A DNA stretch of 64,000 bases from Roseibium sp. (GCA_039972695.1 JBDWMJ010000018.1:233749-297748), one strand, 5' to 3'. Positions 8,695 through 18,598 are shown, counted from the first letter of the stretch. The notes: a model not told the origin generated them from the letters alone. Made by a program: numbers and translations.

Positions 8695-9097
8695 TCAGTG
8701 CGATCTGAATTTTTATGCAGTTTAGGCTTTCCGCCTCAACAATTTCGCCGCCATCGGAGTCAGCGATGGAAACCGTGATGTATGATCATCTGCGGAGCGT
8801 GTTGTCTCACGCAATGTCGCATTTACAACATAGACGAACCCGATCATGGCTCATGTCTCCGTAGTATATTCCGCTGACGGATCAGTTGGTTGGGAAAGTG
8901 CACAAGGTCGCAGCAACGCGCGGGTTGCTAAGATCGATTGCCGGCTTCCACTGGTAGGAGCGACGACGACGGTTTGCGAACAAAGCTTTCAACATAACGT
9001 TCTCCTTCGGGAGGGTAGGGCAATCGAGTGCCTTTGAAATCATCAATGTGCCTTCTATATAGGCAATGCCTTTTGGAATGAGGAGCGTTGTTCTGAT

Positions 9098-9673
9098 ATG
9101 GCTGCCCTGCAGGGTTTGCATGGGTTAATGAATGCTTACTTAAAGTTTGTAATGAACGTCGGCTTGAAGATGTTGAAACTTATCGCTATTTTGCCCAAAT
9201 CTTGGACCCGTCGCCTCATTCACGGTTTCGGCCTGATCCGCAATCCCTATACACTCGGTGTCAGGGTCATCGTGGAAGATGCTCAAAACCGGATCCTCTT
9301 GGTCCGGCACAGCTATCTCAAAGGCTGGTATTTGCCAGGCGGTGCGGTGGACGCTGCGGAGACTCTTCATGATGCAGCCATACGAGAAGTCCTCGAAGAA
9401 GCCGGAATCTACTCTGGTAGTCCGGCCACACTGTTAAATATCTATCTGAATGATCGCGATTGGGGCAGGGACCGTGTCGGGCTGTTCCATCTTGCTGACT
9501 GGTCAGAAACGGCATCTTATCTGCAACCAAATAAAGAAATTGCTGAGGCACGTTTCTTTGAATTTGATGACCTGCCACTCGAGATTACCGGTGCAACACT
9601 TAGCCGAATACAGGAATTTCGAAGCGGCACCATTCCGTCCGGGGGGCGTTGGATCTCTTCAAACCATTCTTAA
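9098..9673 (+). CDS. NUDIX hydrolase
   Basis: Nudix box GGAVDAAETLHDAAIREVLEEAGI. The true start is possibly the ATG at 9170 (MLKLIAILPK...), because the long form has no well-spaced SD. Confidence 0.8.
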   Translation: MAALQGLHGLMNAYLKFVMNVGLKMLKLIAILPKSWTRRLIHGFGLIRNPYTLGVRVIVEDAQNRILLVRHSYLKGWYLPGGAVDAAETLHDAAIREVLEEAGIYSGSPATLLNIYLNDRDWGRDRVGLFHLADWSETASYLQPNKEIAEARFFEFDDLPLEITGATLSRIQEFRSGTIPSGGRWISSNHS

Positions 9674-9841
9674 TGGATTTGTGTTGCTTCCTACTGTTTA
9701 AAATAGATCACCCTCACTCTGTTCAGTGCTGTTTGGTTTCAGTATCAGCTGCAGTTCTAGGGCCCACCCATCCGGACTGCCAATGATGCGGGATAGGGGG
9801 CACGTATTGAGCAAATCCTTTGCATGAAAACCTTGGGCGTC

Positions 9842-10822
9842 TCAGTGATTGGAAGCTGCGTTCAGACGATTTCGATTGTGTGGCGCAGTGAAATTCAGAT
9901 CGGGACCGACTGGAACAATACCGGTTGGGTTAACGGAGGCATGTGATCCGTAATAGTGTTTTTTGATCGTTTGCAAATCCGTCGTCTCTGCTATGCCCGG
10001 CATCTGATAGAGTTCGCGTAGGTAGTTTGACAGATTAGGGTAGTCAACAATCCGGCGGGTATTACACTTGAAATGGCCAAAATAGACCGCATCGAACCTG
10101 ACCAGCGTTGTGAACAGACGCCAGTCGGCTTCGGTCAGTTGATCCCCCAGGAGAAAACGCTGGTCTGACAATCTCGCTTCAAGTTCATCCAAGGCTTCGA
10201 ACAACGTTGTTACTGCGCCTTCATAGGCCTGCTGCGTGGTCGCGAAGCCAGATTTGTAGACCCCATTGTTCACGGCATGATAAACTCGCTCATTGACCGC
10301 ATCAATTTCGGAGCGAAGATCATGCGGATAGTAATCCAGTTCTGACCCCGTCAGGTGGTTGAACTCGGAGTTGAACATCCGGATGATTTCAGCCGACTCA
10401 TTGCTGACAATTGTGTTTTGCTTTTTGTCCCAGAGAATTGGAACCGTCGCCCGGCCGGAAAAAGATTTGTCAGCAGCGGTGTAGATATGCCAGGCATATT
10501 TCGCTCCGGTCAAAGGGTCGGCTTCGTCGAATTCCCAACCGTTTTCAAGCATCAAAGGCTGTACAGCTGACAGGGAAATCAGGTTCTCCAGTCCCTTGAG
10601 CTTGCGAAATACCATTGTGCGGTGAGCCCAGGGGCAGGCATAGGAGACAAACAGATGGTATCGATCAGCTTCTGCTTTGAAGCCGCCGCTGCCGCTTGGG
10701 CCTGCTGAACCGTCTTTGGTGATCCAATTCCGGAACGCAGCATCCTTGCGCTCAAAATTTCCGCTGGTCGATTTTGTATCGTACCACTGGTCTTTCCAGA
10801 TACCGTCTACCAATACGCCCAT
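9842..10822 (-). CDS. yqjG: glutathionyl-hydroquinone reductase (Xi-class GST, YqjG/ECM4 type)
   Basis: 326 aa. Diagnostic CPWAHR active-site motif (VSYACPWAHRTMVFRKL), with the N-terminal extension and C-terminal GST fold typical of YqjG. Confidence 0.9.
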   Translation of the reverse strand: MGVLVDGIWKDQWYDTKSTSGNFERKDAAFRNWITKDGSAGPSGSGGFKAEADRYHLFVSYACPWAHRTMVFRKLKGLENLISLSAVQPLMLENGWEFDEADPLTGAKYAWHIYTAADKSFSGRATVPILWDKKQNTIVSNESAEIIRMFNSEFNHLTGSELDYYPHDLRSEIDAVNERVYHAVNNGVYKSGFATTQQAYEGAVTTLFEALDELEARLSDQRFLLGDQLTEADWRLFTTLVRFDAVYFGHFKCNTRRIVDYPNLSNYLRELYQMPGIAETTDLQTIKKHYYGSHASVNPTGIVPVGPDLNFTAPHNRNRLNAASNH

Positions 10823-11202
10823 TATTTTCTCCTAAAGAAGTCTAAGCCTGTATTTCGGGGGCGAGACGGCAAAATCAATCATGTGAATGATCTGTTCGCT
10901 TGAGCTGAACAATTGGTCTGCGATGTTTTCCGTTTTCTTTATTAAAAAATTGCTGGACCACTATGGGATTTGCGTGGTACCGGACAGCTTCGTGAAGACA
11001 TTGCCCGAAAGAGAATTTTTTTCGGGTAGGTAAAAGAGATTGGGAATCATGAGCGCAGGTCTAACGCTCCGACGACGAACAAGCCGACGAGGAAAATCTC
11101 GTCTGTGCCGTCGCGGCTGACCTGATCCCGGAGAATACTCATAAAATTTCTGGGTCCTTGGCAGGCGCGTTTTAAATAACACTGCCTGTTGGAATTACTC
11201 TC

Positions 11203-11706
11203 ATGAAACAGACCTCTTGGGTCATCCGTCTCGAAGACGCTGCTGACAACACCGCGATTGAAGATCTGCAAGCCGAAGCCTTCGGTCCTGGCCGGTATGC
11301 ACGGACAGCTTTTCGTATTCGGGAGAATATCCCGCATCGGCCTGACCTGGCATTTGTCGGACAATCCGGTTCCGATCTTGCGGGATCAATTCGTCTTACA
11401 GAGATTTCAATAGGCGAAACCGCGGCTCTGTTGCTTGGCCCGTTGACTGTGTCTCCGGCTTTCAAGAACCGGGGCCTCGGCAAGGCACTGATGCAAACAG
11501 CTCTTCAGACAGCAAAAGACGCAGGCGACAAGCTTGTCTTGCTGGTTGGTGATGCGCCGTACTACCAGCCTTTCGGATTCGAGCGCGTTCCCTTTGGCCA
11601 GATTATGTTGCCAGGACCCGTTGATCCGGCACGCCTTCTGATAGCCCGGCTTCAAGAATGCGAAGTCCCGACCGGAGCCGTTCATGGTGGGCAGCGACAG
11701 AGTTAG
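11203..11706 (+). CDS. GNAT family N-acetyltransferase
   Basis: 167 aa. Motif A FKNRGLGKALMQTAL and C-terminal YYQPFGFE. Confidence 0.8.
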   Translation: MKQTSWVIRLEDAADNTAIEDLQAEAFGPGRYARTAFRIRENIPHRPDLAFVGQSGSDLAGSIRLTEISIGETAALLLGPLTVSPAFKNRGLGKALMQTALQTAKDAGDKLVLLVGDAPYYQPFGFERVPFGQIMLPGPVDPARLLIARLQECEVPTGAVHGGQRQS

Positions 11707-11709
11707 CGC

Positions 11710-13785
11710 CTACCGCCCTTCCCGATACCACGTCATGGAAATGGCACCGAGCAGAATGGCGAGGCCAAGAAGACCAATCAGGAGCGGAAACCGATCAACA
11801 CCATTGAGAATGCTGGCTTCGGTCGCTTTCAGTCCGATCCAGCCGTTGCCAGAAAAACTCGCTGATTGGTTCATCGAGACAACACGCGGAAATTCAAGCT
11901 CTCCGCCGATATCGCGAAGGCGTTGTACCGTTCCGCCGGTAGCTTCACTAAGAGGTGTCAGCGCTTCTGATGTCGACAGGACGTTGGTGTATTCCCGCGG
12001 GTTTTGCGGCCCAACGTGAATTAGGGCGTTCATCTCGCCATCTGTTACTGAAAATAATCCGGTTTCGGTGACTGGAACTGACCCACTCCACAAACCCGGT
12101 TCGGTTTCGGTCATGGTTAGAATTGATCGATCACCTGTCGGAGAAACAACCGTCACTTCGTTGGTTGTTTCCCCCAATGTCTGGCGTTCAACAATTAGTT
12201 CCGGTCCCCGTAAGGCGACATTGAGCGCCTCTTCTTCCAGATCCGGCTCCTGCATCAACCAATGGGCCAGGCGTCGAAGGAGAGGGACATGCGGGCCTCC
12301 GCCTTCAAAGCCTCGTGCCCAAAGCCAGACGTGATCTGATAGCAGCATTGCCACTCGACCTTCGCCTTTTCGGTTCAAAACCAGAAGAGGTGTGTCGCTT
12401 GGACCGGACATTAAGGCTTGGCCCTCATCCAGCTCAGTGTCTACCATCCGGAACCAGCGGCTCCATGCTGGTGGATCCTGGTTCGCACCCGGCAGGCCGC
12501 GTGTCACGGGGTGCCGTTCGCCAAGCTTTGCCAATGTCGCGTGGAATGGTTGCTCCAGAATCGCGCCGGTCGGACGTGCAGGCAGGATGTTGGCCAAAGG
12601 CGTTCGATAGAGACTGCCTCCTTCTGCATAATCAGGGCCTCCGGCGAGCATAACAGCTCCGCCGTTTTCGACATATCTTGCGATATTATCGAAATAAAGC
12701 ATCGGCAGAACACCGCGCCGGACATAACGGTCAAAGATGATGAGATCGAATTCGTCGATCTTGACCGAGAACAGTTCCCGGGTGGGGAAAGCAATCAGGG
12801 ACAGTTGATTGATAGGTGTCCCATCCTGTTTTTCCGGAGGTCTCAAGATTGTGAAATGCACAAGGTCAACCGAAGCGTCTGACTTCAAAAGATTGCGCCA
12901 TGTCCGCTCCCCTGCATGAGGAGACCCTGACACAAGAAGAACTCGGAGGTTCTCGCGTATACCATCGATAGTGACGACAGCCCGGTTGTTTAGACTTGTG
13001 AGCTCGTCATCAAGAGGGGCTGCCTCGAATTCAAAAATATTATCGCCGCCATGCGTGACTTCGACGGGAATATCGATCTTTTCACCGGTCCTCGCTGTCC
13101 GCTCTGTGACAATGTTGCCGTCACGTTTGACTGTGAGGCGAACCTGATCGCCAGGCCCTGTGCCTCTTCCCTGATCGATGACTGTCAGGCCAACAGTCTG
13201 TTCTGATCCGACCAGTCCAAAGCGTGGCGCTTTGTCCAGAACTATCCGCCGGTCCCGCTCGTCGGCAGTTCCGGTGATCATGCCATGCACGGGGGCATTG
13301 AAACCAAGTGCTTCCGCTGTTTCTGGAATATCGTGGATCTGGCCGTCACTGACAATAATTGCTCCGCCAACCCGTTCAGGCGGAACATCGGCAAGACCGT
13401 TGGAAAGCGTCTGGAAAAGTTCGGTACCATCACCTGAACCGGAATTGCGTGCCTCGAGAACACGAACATCGAATCCATCCAACGCCTCAATGCGTGATTG
13501 AATGGCATCTGTTGCTTCGTCTGTCGTCGCTTCCCGTTCTGCGAGCCGTTGGCTTTGGCTTTTGTCGACAACCAAAGCCACAACGCTGGACAGCTGTTCA
13601 CGATCCTCGCGCTCAATAGCAGGATTGGCAAGGGCCATGACCAACAAGGCCATAGTTACACAGCGGAGAATCCAGCCGCGTATGTTCAAAAACCCGAGTA
13701 ATACGGCAAAGAGAAGCGTCAGCCCGCTTGCGGCTAACAAGGCCCAATTCGGAACGAGAGGGTCAAACGAGAGCGACCAGATCAT
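11710..13785 (-). CDS. membrane protein with N-terminal vWA domain (BatB-like), last gene of the MoxR operon
   Basis: 691 aa. N-terminal TM helices are followed by the MIDAS motif DxSxS (VVALVVDKSQSQ) and a vWA-like ...GGAIIVSDGQIHD. Has a C-terminal TM anchor. Starts 9 nt after the upstream gene. Confidence 0.75.
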   Translation of the reverse strand: MIWSLSFDPLVPNWALLAASGLTLLFAVLLGFLNIRGWILRCVTMALLVMALANPAIEREDREQLSSVVALVVDKSQSQRLAEREATTDEATDAIQSRIEALDGFDVRVLEARNSGSGDGTELFQTLSNGLADVPPERVGGAIIVSDGQIHDIPETAEALGFNAPVHGMITGTADERDRRIVLDKAPRFGLVGSEQTVGLTVIDQGRGTGPGDQVRLTVKRDGNIVTERTARTGEKIDIPVEVTHGGDNIFEFEAAPLDDELTSLNNRAVVTIDGIRENLRVLLVSGSPHAGERTWRNLLKSDASVDLVHFTILRPPEKQDGTPINQLSLIAFPTRELFSVKIDEFDLIIFDRYVRRGVLPMLYFDNIARYVENGGAVMLAGGPDYAEGGSLYRTPLANILPARPTGAILEQPFHATLAKLGERHPVTRGLPGANQDPPAWSRWFRMVDTELDEGQALMSGPSDTPLLVLNRKGEGRVAMLLSDHVWLWARGFEGGGPHVPLLRRLAHWLMQEPDLEEEALNVALRGPELIVERQTLGETTNEVTVVSPTGDRSILTMTETEPGLWSGSVPVTETGLFSVTDGEMNALIHVGPQNPREYTNVLSTSEALTPLSEATGGTVQRLRDIGGELEFPRVVSMNQSASFSGNGWIGLKATEASILNGVDRFPLLIGLLGLAILLGAISMTWYREGR

Positions 13786-13794
13786 AGACGTCTC

Positions 13795-16614
13795 CTATTG
13801 CCCGAGCCGTTCCAGCAGGGCAGGGATATGGACCTGATCGGCCTTGTAATTCCCTGTCAGGCCGTACATGACGATATTGACGCCGGAGCGAAACGCGTAG
13901 TCCCGTTGAATAGGATTGTTCGGAATGGTTGGAAACATGAATTCTCCGGTCTCCGAGATTGCCCAGGCCGCTGCGAAATCATTGCCGGTGATCAGCAATG
14001 GCGAAACCCCATCTCCTGCTCTGACTGGGCGGTCACCACGATCGGTGATATCCCCCAGGCTTTCTACCCACAGCGGGCTTGTGGCGTATCGTCCCGGGAA
14101 CGAATCCAGAAGATAGAATGCTTTGGTGAGAACATGGTCCGGTGGAACCGGTTCCAGGGGAGGCACGTCGAGGTCCTCAAGTATTTCCCGTAGTTTCAAG
14201 GTAGCTGGCGTTGAACCGAAACCCGTTGTTGACGCGTTTATATGGTCGCGTGTGTCAAACAGGATTGTGCCGCCATTCCGCATGAACGTATCAATCCGAG
14301 CGATCGTCTGGTCGTTCGGTTTGTCGGCTGCAGGATCGACCGGCCAGTACAGCAGAGAATAAAACGCCAATTCGTCGCGTGCTATATCAATCCCTGCTGG
14401 AGATCCTGGTTCCAGTGCGGTTCTTTCTGCAAGAAACTGGCTTAGGCCGGAAAGACCCGCGAGACTCGTATCATCGATTTCCGGATTTCCCGTCAGGACA
14501 TAGGCAAGGCGTGTTTCCAGAGACGATTCCAAGAACTTCAGTTCATCTGCGGTTGATTGAGCGCGAACCGTGTCTGCGTTGAGGACAATCAAAGTAGCAC
14601 CTGCCAGAATGGCTGTTGCCACCAGTCCGGCAACGTGACCGCGAGGTGAGAGCCGCGCGAGGCCGCCAGCAAGAAGAAACACAGCAATGGCATCGACGAT
14701 CATCAGCAGGAAGGTCAGGGAAAAGAAGACTGCTCTCAGGTCGAATGGATCAGATGTCGGGTAGTTGGTCTCGGTAACGCGATCACCGAAAGCTTCCAGA
14801 TTAAGAGGAAGAAGGACGTCATTTTCGCGCATCAAATTGAGCGCTCTGAAGCCATCTTCGGTGCCATAAAGCCCTGGTGGCGTTTGTCGGCTAGCTGTAG
14901 CCTCCCGGAAAGCGCTGGCGCCCACAGGGGTGACTTCGACAGGTGGTGACCCGAAGCGACCATACCCGTCCAACAGTCGAAGCGGCGGCAGAACACTTTT
15001 TGCAGACGAACCATCGTCGGGGGCGTCAATTGCATTCGCGACATTCGAAACTGAAAGAATTCGACGCAACATATGCAGGAATACGCCCGATAGTGGCAAG
15101 TTCGACCACGTAGAATCTGCTGTCACATGAAAGAGAACAACGTTTCCGTTGCCTATAGGAGCCGCCGTCACGAGAGGTGTTCCATCTTCCAGCATGGCCC
15201 AGGTTCGATCTGGAAGGTCAGACGTCGGTTCAGCAAGAACCTGGCGGGTCACAGTTACTTCTTCCGGGACTTTCAATCCGAAGAAAGGAGAATCCTCCGG
15301 GAAAGGTGACAGGTGCTGCGGTTGCTTCCAGGACAAGGATCCGCCGAGAGAGCGATCCCCTGCTCTTAGGCGCGCAGGAATGAGATTATCTGTTCCCCCT
15401 GCCGTTCTGGGGCCTGCGAACCGCAACAACGTTCCGCCATTTTCAACCCACTCTCTCAAAGTATTTGAAGTGGTGTCGGGTAAACGGCCAACATCAGCCA
15501 AAACGAGAACGGAGATTCCCTGATCCAGAAGAGACGGGACTGCTTCAGCGACATCGCTGGCTCTTGGTCGTCTGATGTCGGAGAACGGAGCCAGTGCCCG
15601 CTCAAGATAATAAAGGGGCGACAACAAAGGCTGATCCAGATCCCCGGATTGCCCTGAAATCAAACCAACGATGCGTCGGCGCCAACTGTCATCCACAAGC
15701 TGAACGGCACCGGCTGCTGCTTCACCGGCAATTTCAACTCGGGCAATGTCGTTGCGCAATTCGCTTGGAAGTTCGAAGCGCGCTTCAGCTTCGGTTTCAC
15801 CCTGTGCGAATGACGTCTGAACTTCTCCAAGAATCAGGCCTTTCAAATCGACAGCCCGGACAGTCGCTGACGTTACCTTGTTTTCAGGATGGCGAACCAG
15901 CTTGAGGGAGAGAGCTTCTGCATCGTTTGACAGGTCCTTCAATCCCATTGGGGTCTGAAGGCCTTTCATGACTGTCACCGGGGCCTTTCCGGAGACAGCA
16001 GCAAGATCAGTGTAGAAAATGTCATCTGAATGAGTGTTGTCAGATAGCCAAACGACCGCAGCCGGAGGCGTTTGCTGCGCAGCTTTTCTCAGGCTAATGC
16101 TGATTTCGCTGCGCAACGGAGGATAGGGTTTTGGCTCCAGAGCCCGAAGTTTTTCGAGCGCTGTTGCTGCAGCTTCGGGAACAAAGCTTTGACCCGGACC
16201 GTCCGCTGTTGCTGCAAAAAGAACTGGCTGGTTTCCGCGTTCAGCGGTTTCCAGGATTTGTTCTGCAGTGCTGACTTGTGCATCCCAGCTATTAGCGGAT
16301 GGCCAACCGTTGTCGATCAGAAGCCACAGAACACCTTCATTGGTTTCAATAGGCTCTGCCGCCCGCCAGATCGGGCCGGCAAGCGCAATAATCAACAGCG
16401 CTGCCAACAACAATCGCAGAACAGTTAGCCACCAGGGACTGCGCTGCGGTGTTTCTTCATGTTGATCAATATCCAGCAGCAAGCGGGTTGGCGGGAACGA
16501 GATTTGGCGAGGGCGCGGTGGTGTCAAACGCAAGAGCCACCAGATCACCGGCAAAAGGGCTAGGGCTGCCAAGATCCATGGCGCGGTGAAGGTAAGTGGC
16601 AAACTTGCGAACAC
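13795..16614 (-). CDS. BatA_N double-TM / DUF4159 domain membrane protein
   Basis: 939 aa. The N-terminus FTAPWILAALALLPVIWWLLRLTPPRPRQISFPPTRLL matches the aerotolerance-regulator N-terminal double-TM signature. The C-terminal LLYWPVD...FMRNGGTILFDTRD block resembles DUF4159. Confidence 0.75.
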   Translation of the reverse strand: MFASLPLTFTAPWILAALALLPVIWWLLRLTPPRPRQISFPPTRLLLDIDQHEETPQRSPWWLTVLRLLLAALLIIALAGPIWRAAEPIETNEGVLWLLIDNGWPSANSWDAQVSTAEQILETAERGNQPVLFAATADGPGQSFVPEAAATALEKLRALEPKPYPPLRSEISISLRKAAQQTPPAAVVWLSDNTHSDDIFYTDLAAVSGKAPVTVMKGLQTPMGLKDLSNDAEALSLKLVRHPENKVTSATVRAVDLKGLILGEVQTSFAQGETEAEARFELPSELRNDIARVEIAGEAAAGAVQLVDDSWRRRIVGLISGQSGDLDQPLLSPLYYLERALAPFSDIRRPRASDVAEAVPSLLDQGISVLVLADVGRLPDTTSNTLREWVENGGTLLRFAGPRTAGGTDNLIPARLRAGDRSLGGSLSWKQPQHLSPFPEDSPFFGLKVPEEVTVTRQVLAEPTSDLPDRTWAMLEDGTPLVTAAPIGNGNVVLFHVTADSTWSNLPLSGVFLHMLRRILSVSNVANAIDAPDDGSSAKSVLPPLRLLDGYGRFGSPPVEVTPVGASAFREATASRQTPPGLYGTEDGFRALNLMRENDVLLPLNLEAFGDRVTETNYPTSDPFDLRAVFFSLTFLLMIVDAIAVFLLAGGLARLSPRGHVAGLVATAILAGATLIVLNADTVRAQSTADELKFLESSLETRLAYVLTGNPEIDDTSLAGLSGLSQFLAERTALEPGSPAGIDIARDELAFYSLLYWPVDPAADKPNDQTIARIDTFMRNGGTILFDTRDHINASTTGFGSTPATLKLREILEDLDVPPLEPVPPDHVLTKAFYLLDSFPGRYATSPLWVESLGDITDRGDRPVRAGDGVSPLLITGNDFAAAWAISETGEFMFPTIPNNPIQRDYAFRSGVNIVMYGLTGNYKADQVHIPALLERLGQ

Positions 16615-16617
16615 GGT

Positions 16618-17586
16618 TCAGCCACCTCCATTTGGCATGATATTCAATGCACCGGACAAGGCACTGTGCAGAACCAACAGCGGCTCGGCCGCGGGCCGAT
16701 CCGTGTGATGAAGAACATATGTCCAGCCGGCTCTTCTGGCGATGTCCCTGACTTCTGCCCGATGAGCTTCAAGTTTTCTCTTGTAATCTTCTCGCCAGTT
16801 TTCAGCCCTCCCGGTGGTTAGGCGGATACCTCTTTCCGGATCTGTAAACTCGATGCGGCCATCAAACGGAAACGTCTCTTCAATCGGATCCAAAACCTGA
16901 ACGAGATGTCCTTTTGCACCCGTACCTGCGACCCTTGCGATCCAGGTGGAAATCTCTTCGAGCGGGTCGAGGAAGTCTGAAATGAGAACTACATCTGCAA
17001 ATCGCTTTACCGACATTGTGTCCGGTAGAGCGATTGGTTTCGACAGATGGGTCAACGCATCGGCGAGGCGTTCGGCAGCGCGCCTGTCTGAAAACGGACG
17101 CGTCAGGCCGGGAAGGCCAATCCGTTCGCCAGTTTCCGCGAGCATGTCCGCCAGTGCCAACATCAGAATGATTGACCGATCTCGCTTGGTTACCTCAGAC
17201 AGCCGAGACTGGAACACCATTGAAGACGAGAGGTCTGCCCAGAGCCAGACGGTATGAGCTGCTTCCCACTCGCGTTCCCGGACATAGAGATGATCGTCTC
17301 GTGCCGAGCGCCTCCAATCGATTCTTTTTGCAGGTTCGCCCATATTGAATGGACGGAATTGCCAGAAACTTTCTCCGGGTCCTGCGCGGCGGCGTCCATG
17401 CCAACCGGAGATCACAGAGTTTGCAACATGGCTTGCTTCAACCAGAAGATCCGGCAACGCATCAGCGACAGACCGTGCTTCACCGATGACATTCGGCCAA
17501 GTGTTGCTGTCGATACTGTGCTGTGTGTTTTGCGGATCCATTGAGAGCGATACTCCAGAGCTCGGTCCTAAATCGTCATCAAGCAA
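16618..17586 (-). CDS. DUF58 domain protein (vWA-like, MoxR partner)
   Basis: 322 aa. Conserved RIDWRRSAR...LYVRE block and MIDAS-like DLSSS (VWLWADLSSSM). Its start overlaps the moxR stop by 8 nt. Confidence 0.85.
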   Translation of the reverse strand: MLDDDLGPSSGVSLSMDPQNTQHSIDSNTWPNVIGEARSVADALPDLLVEASHVANSVISGWHGRRRAGPGESFWQFRPFNMGEPAKRIDWRRSARDDHLYVREREWEAAHTVWLWADLSSSMVFQSRLSEVTKRDRSIILMLALADMLAETGERIGLPGLTRPFSDRRAAERLADALTHLSKPIALPDTMSVKRFADVVLISDFLDPLEEISTWIARVAGTGAKGHLVQVLDPIEETFPFDGRIEFTDPERGIRLTTGRAENWREDYKRKLEAHRAEVRDIARRAGWTYVLHHTDRPAAEPLLVLHSALSGALNIMPNGGG

Positions 17587-18598
17587 TTGTTTCTTTGACG
17601 CGTTTCACAACGTCACGAACAGTATGTCCGTCCGCGCGGGCTGCAAATGTCAGTGCCATCCGGTGTTGGAGCACAGGCTCGGCCAACGCCAGTACATCGT
17701 CCACGGATGGAGCCAGACGGCCGTCCACCAACGCTTTTGCCCTGACCGTCAGCATCAATGCCTGACTGGCACGCGGACCCGGGCCCCAGGCAATCAGTTT
17801 TGTGATCTCGGAAGCGTCTGAGCCTTCTTCCGGGCGTGCAGCGCGGACCAGGCGCAAGATAGCTTCGACGACAGTTTCGCCAACGGGCATGCGTCTGACC
17901 AATTGCTGGTAATCCATCAGTTCTTCAGCGCTTATCGCTGTTTGAGCTGTGGCCTGATCAGCTCCGGTGGTTTCCAGAAGAATACGACGTTCCGCCTCGA
18001 AATCCGGGTAATGGACGTCTATCTGCATCAGAAAACGGTCGAGCTGTGCCTCTGGTAGAGGATAGGTACCTTCCTGTTCCAGTGGGTTTTGCGTGGCAAG
18101 AACATGGAAAGGACGAGGTAAATCATGAGGGTGGCCTGCAACCGTTACATGATACTCCTGCATTGCCTGCAAAAGTGCTGACTGGGTTCGCGGGCTGGCC
18201 CGGTTGATCTCGTCAGCCATGAGAAGTTGGGAGAAGATGGGACCGGGAATAAAGCGGAAAGAGCGCCCGCCATCAGACCCCTGTTCCATAACTTCAGCCC
18301 CTAGAATATCCGAGGGCATCAGATCCGGTGTGAATTGTATCCTGCTTGCATCAAGACCCAGGACGGTTCCGAGCGTTTCCACGAGTTTGGTTTTTGCAAG
18401 GCCTGGTACACCAACCAACAGGCCATGTCCGCCTGCGAGAATGGTGACGAGCGATTGCTCTACCACGGTTTCCTGTCCAAAAATGATCCGTGCGATATCG
18501 GCCTTGGCATCACCAATGCGGCTCACGGCCCGTTCTGCGCTTTCGGCAACTGCTGCCAGATCCGCTTCTGAGGGGCTGGAGGGGGAAACAACGCTCAT
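17579..18598 (-). CDS. MoxR family AAA+ ATPase
   Basis: Walker A GVPGLAKT, Walker B LLMADEINRASPRTQSALLQAM, and MoxR-type C-terminal lid. Confidence 0.9.
   Translation of the reverse strand: MSVVSPSSPSEADLAAVAESAERAVSRIGDAKADIARIIFGQETVVEQSLVTILAGGHGLLVGVPGLAKTKLVETLGTVLGLDASRIQFTPDLMPSDILGAEVMEQGSDGGRSFRFIPGPIFSQLLMADEINRASPRTQSALLQAMQEYHVTVAGHPHDLPRPFHVLATQNPLEQEGTYPLPEAQLDRFLMQIDVHYPDFEAERRILLETTGADQATAQTAISAEELMDYQQLVRRMPVGETVVEAILRLVRAARPEEGSDASEITKLIAWGPGPRASQALMLTVRAKALVDGRLAPSVDDVLALAEPVLQHRMALTFAARADGHTVRDVVKRVKETIA

Noticed and set aside
8846-9037. 63-aa plus-strand ORF in the metallophosphoesterase/NUDIX intergenic region
   Set aside because: It has no SD and odd composition. The minus-strand micro-ORFs plus terminator explain the region better. 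See the finding for 8641-9097.
11159-11174. Sigma-54-like TGGCAG-N5-TTTT upstream of the GNAT gene. A similar near-match lies on the minus strand around 5060-5076.
   Set aside because: The invariant -12 GC is missing at 11159, and the GG/GC spacing is 11 rather than 10 at 5060. No convincing sigma-54/FlbD-dependent promoter is present in the window.
10961-11182. 73-aa (and overlapping 105-aa) minus-strand ORFs in the 380-bp GST/GNAT divergent region, plus a 7-bp hairpin at 11004-11026
   Set aside because: The translations are Arg-rich with no SD. One of the ORFs runs into the GNAT coding region. The hairpin is short, carries its T-run inside the loop or arm, and has no upstream gene to terminate. 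I treat the region as promoter DNA.
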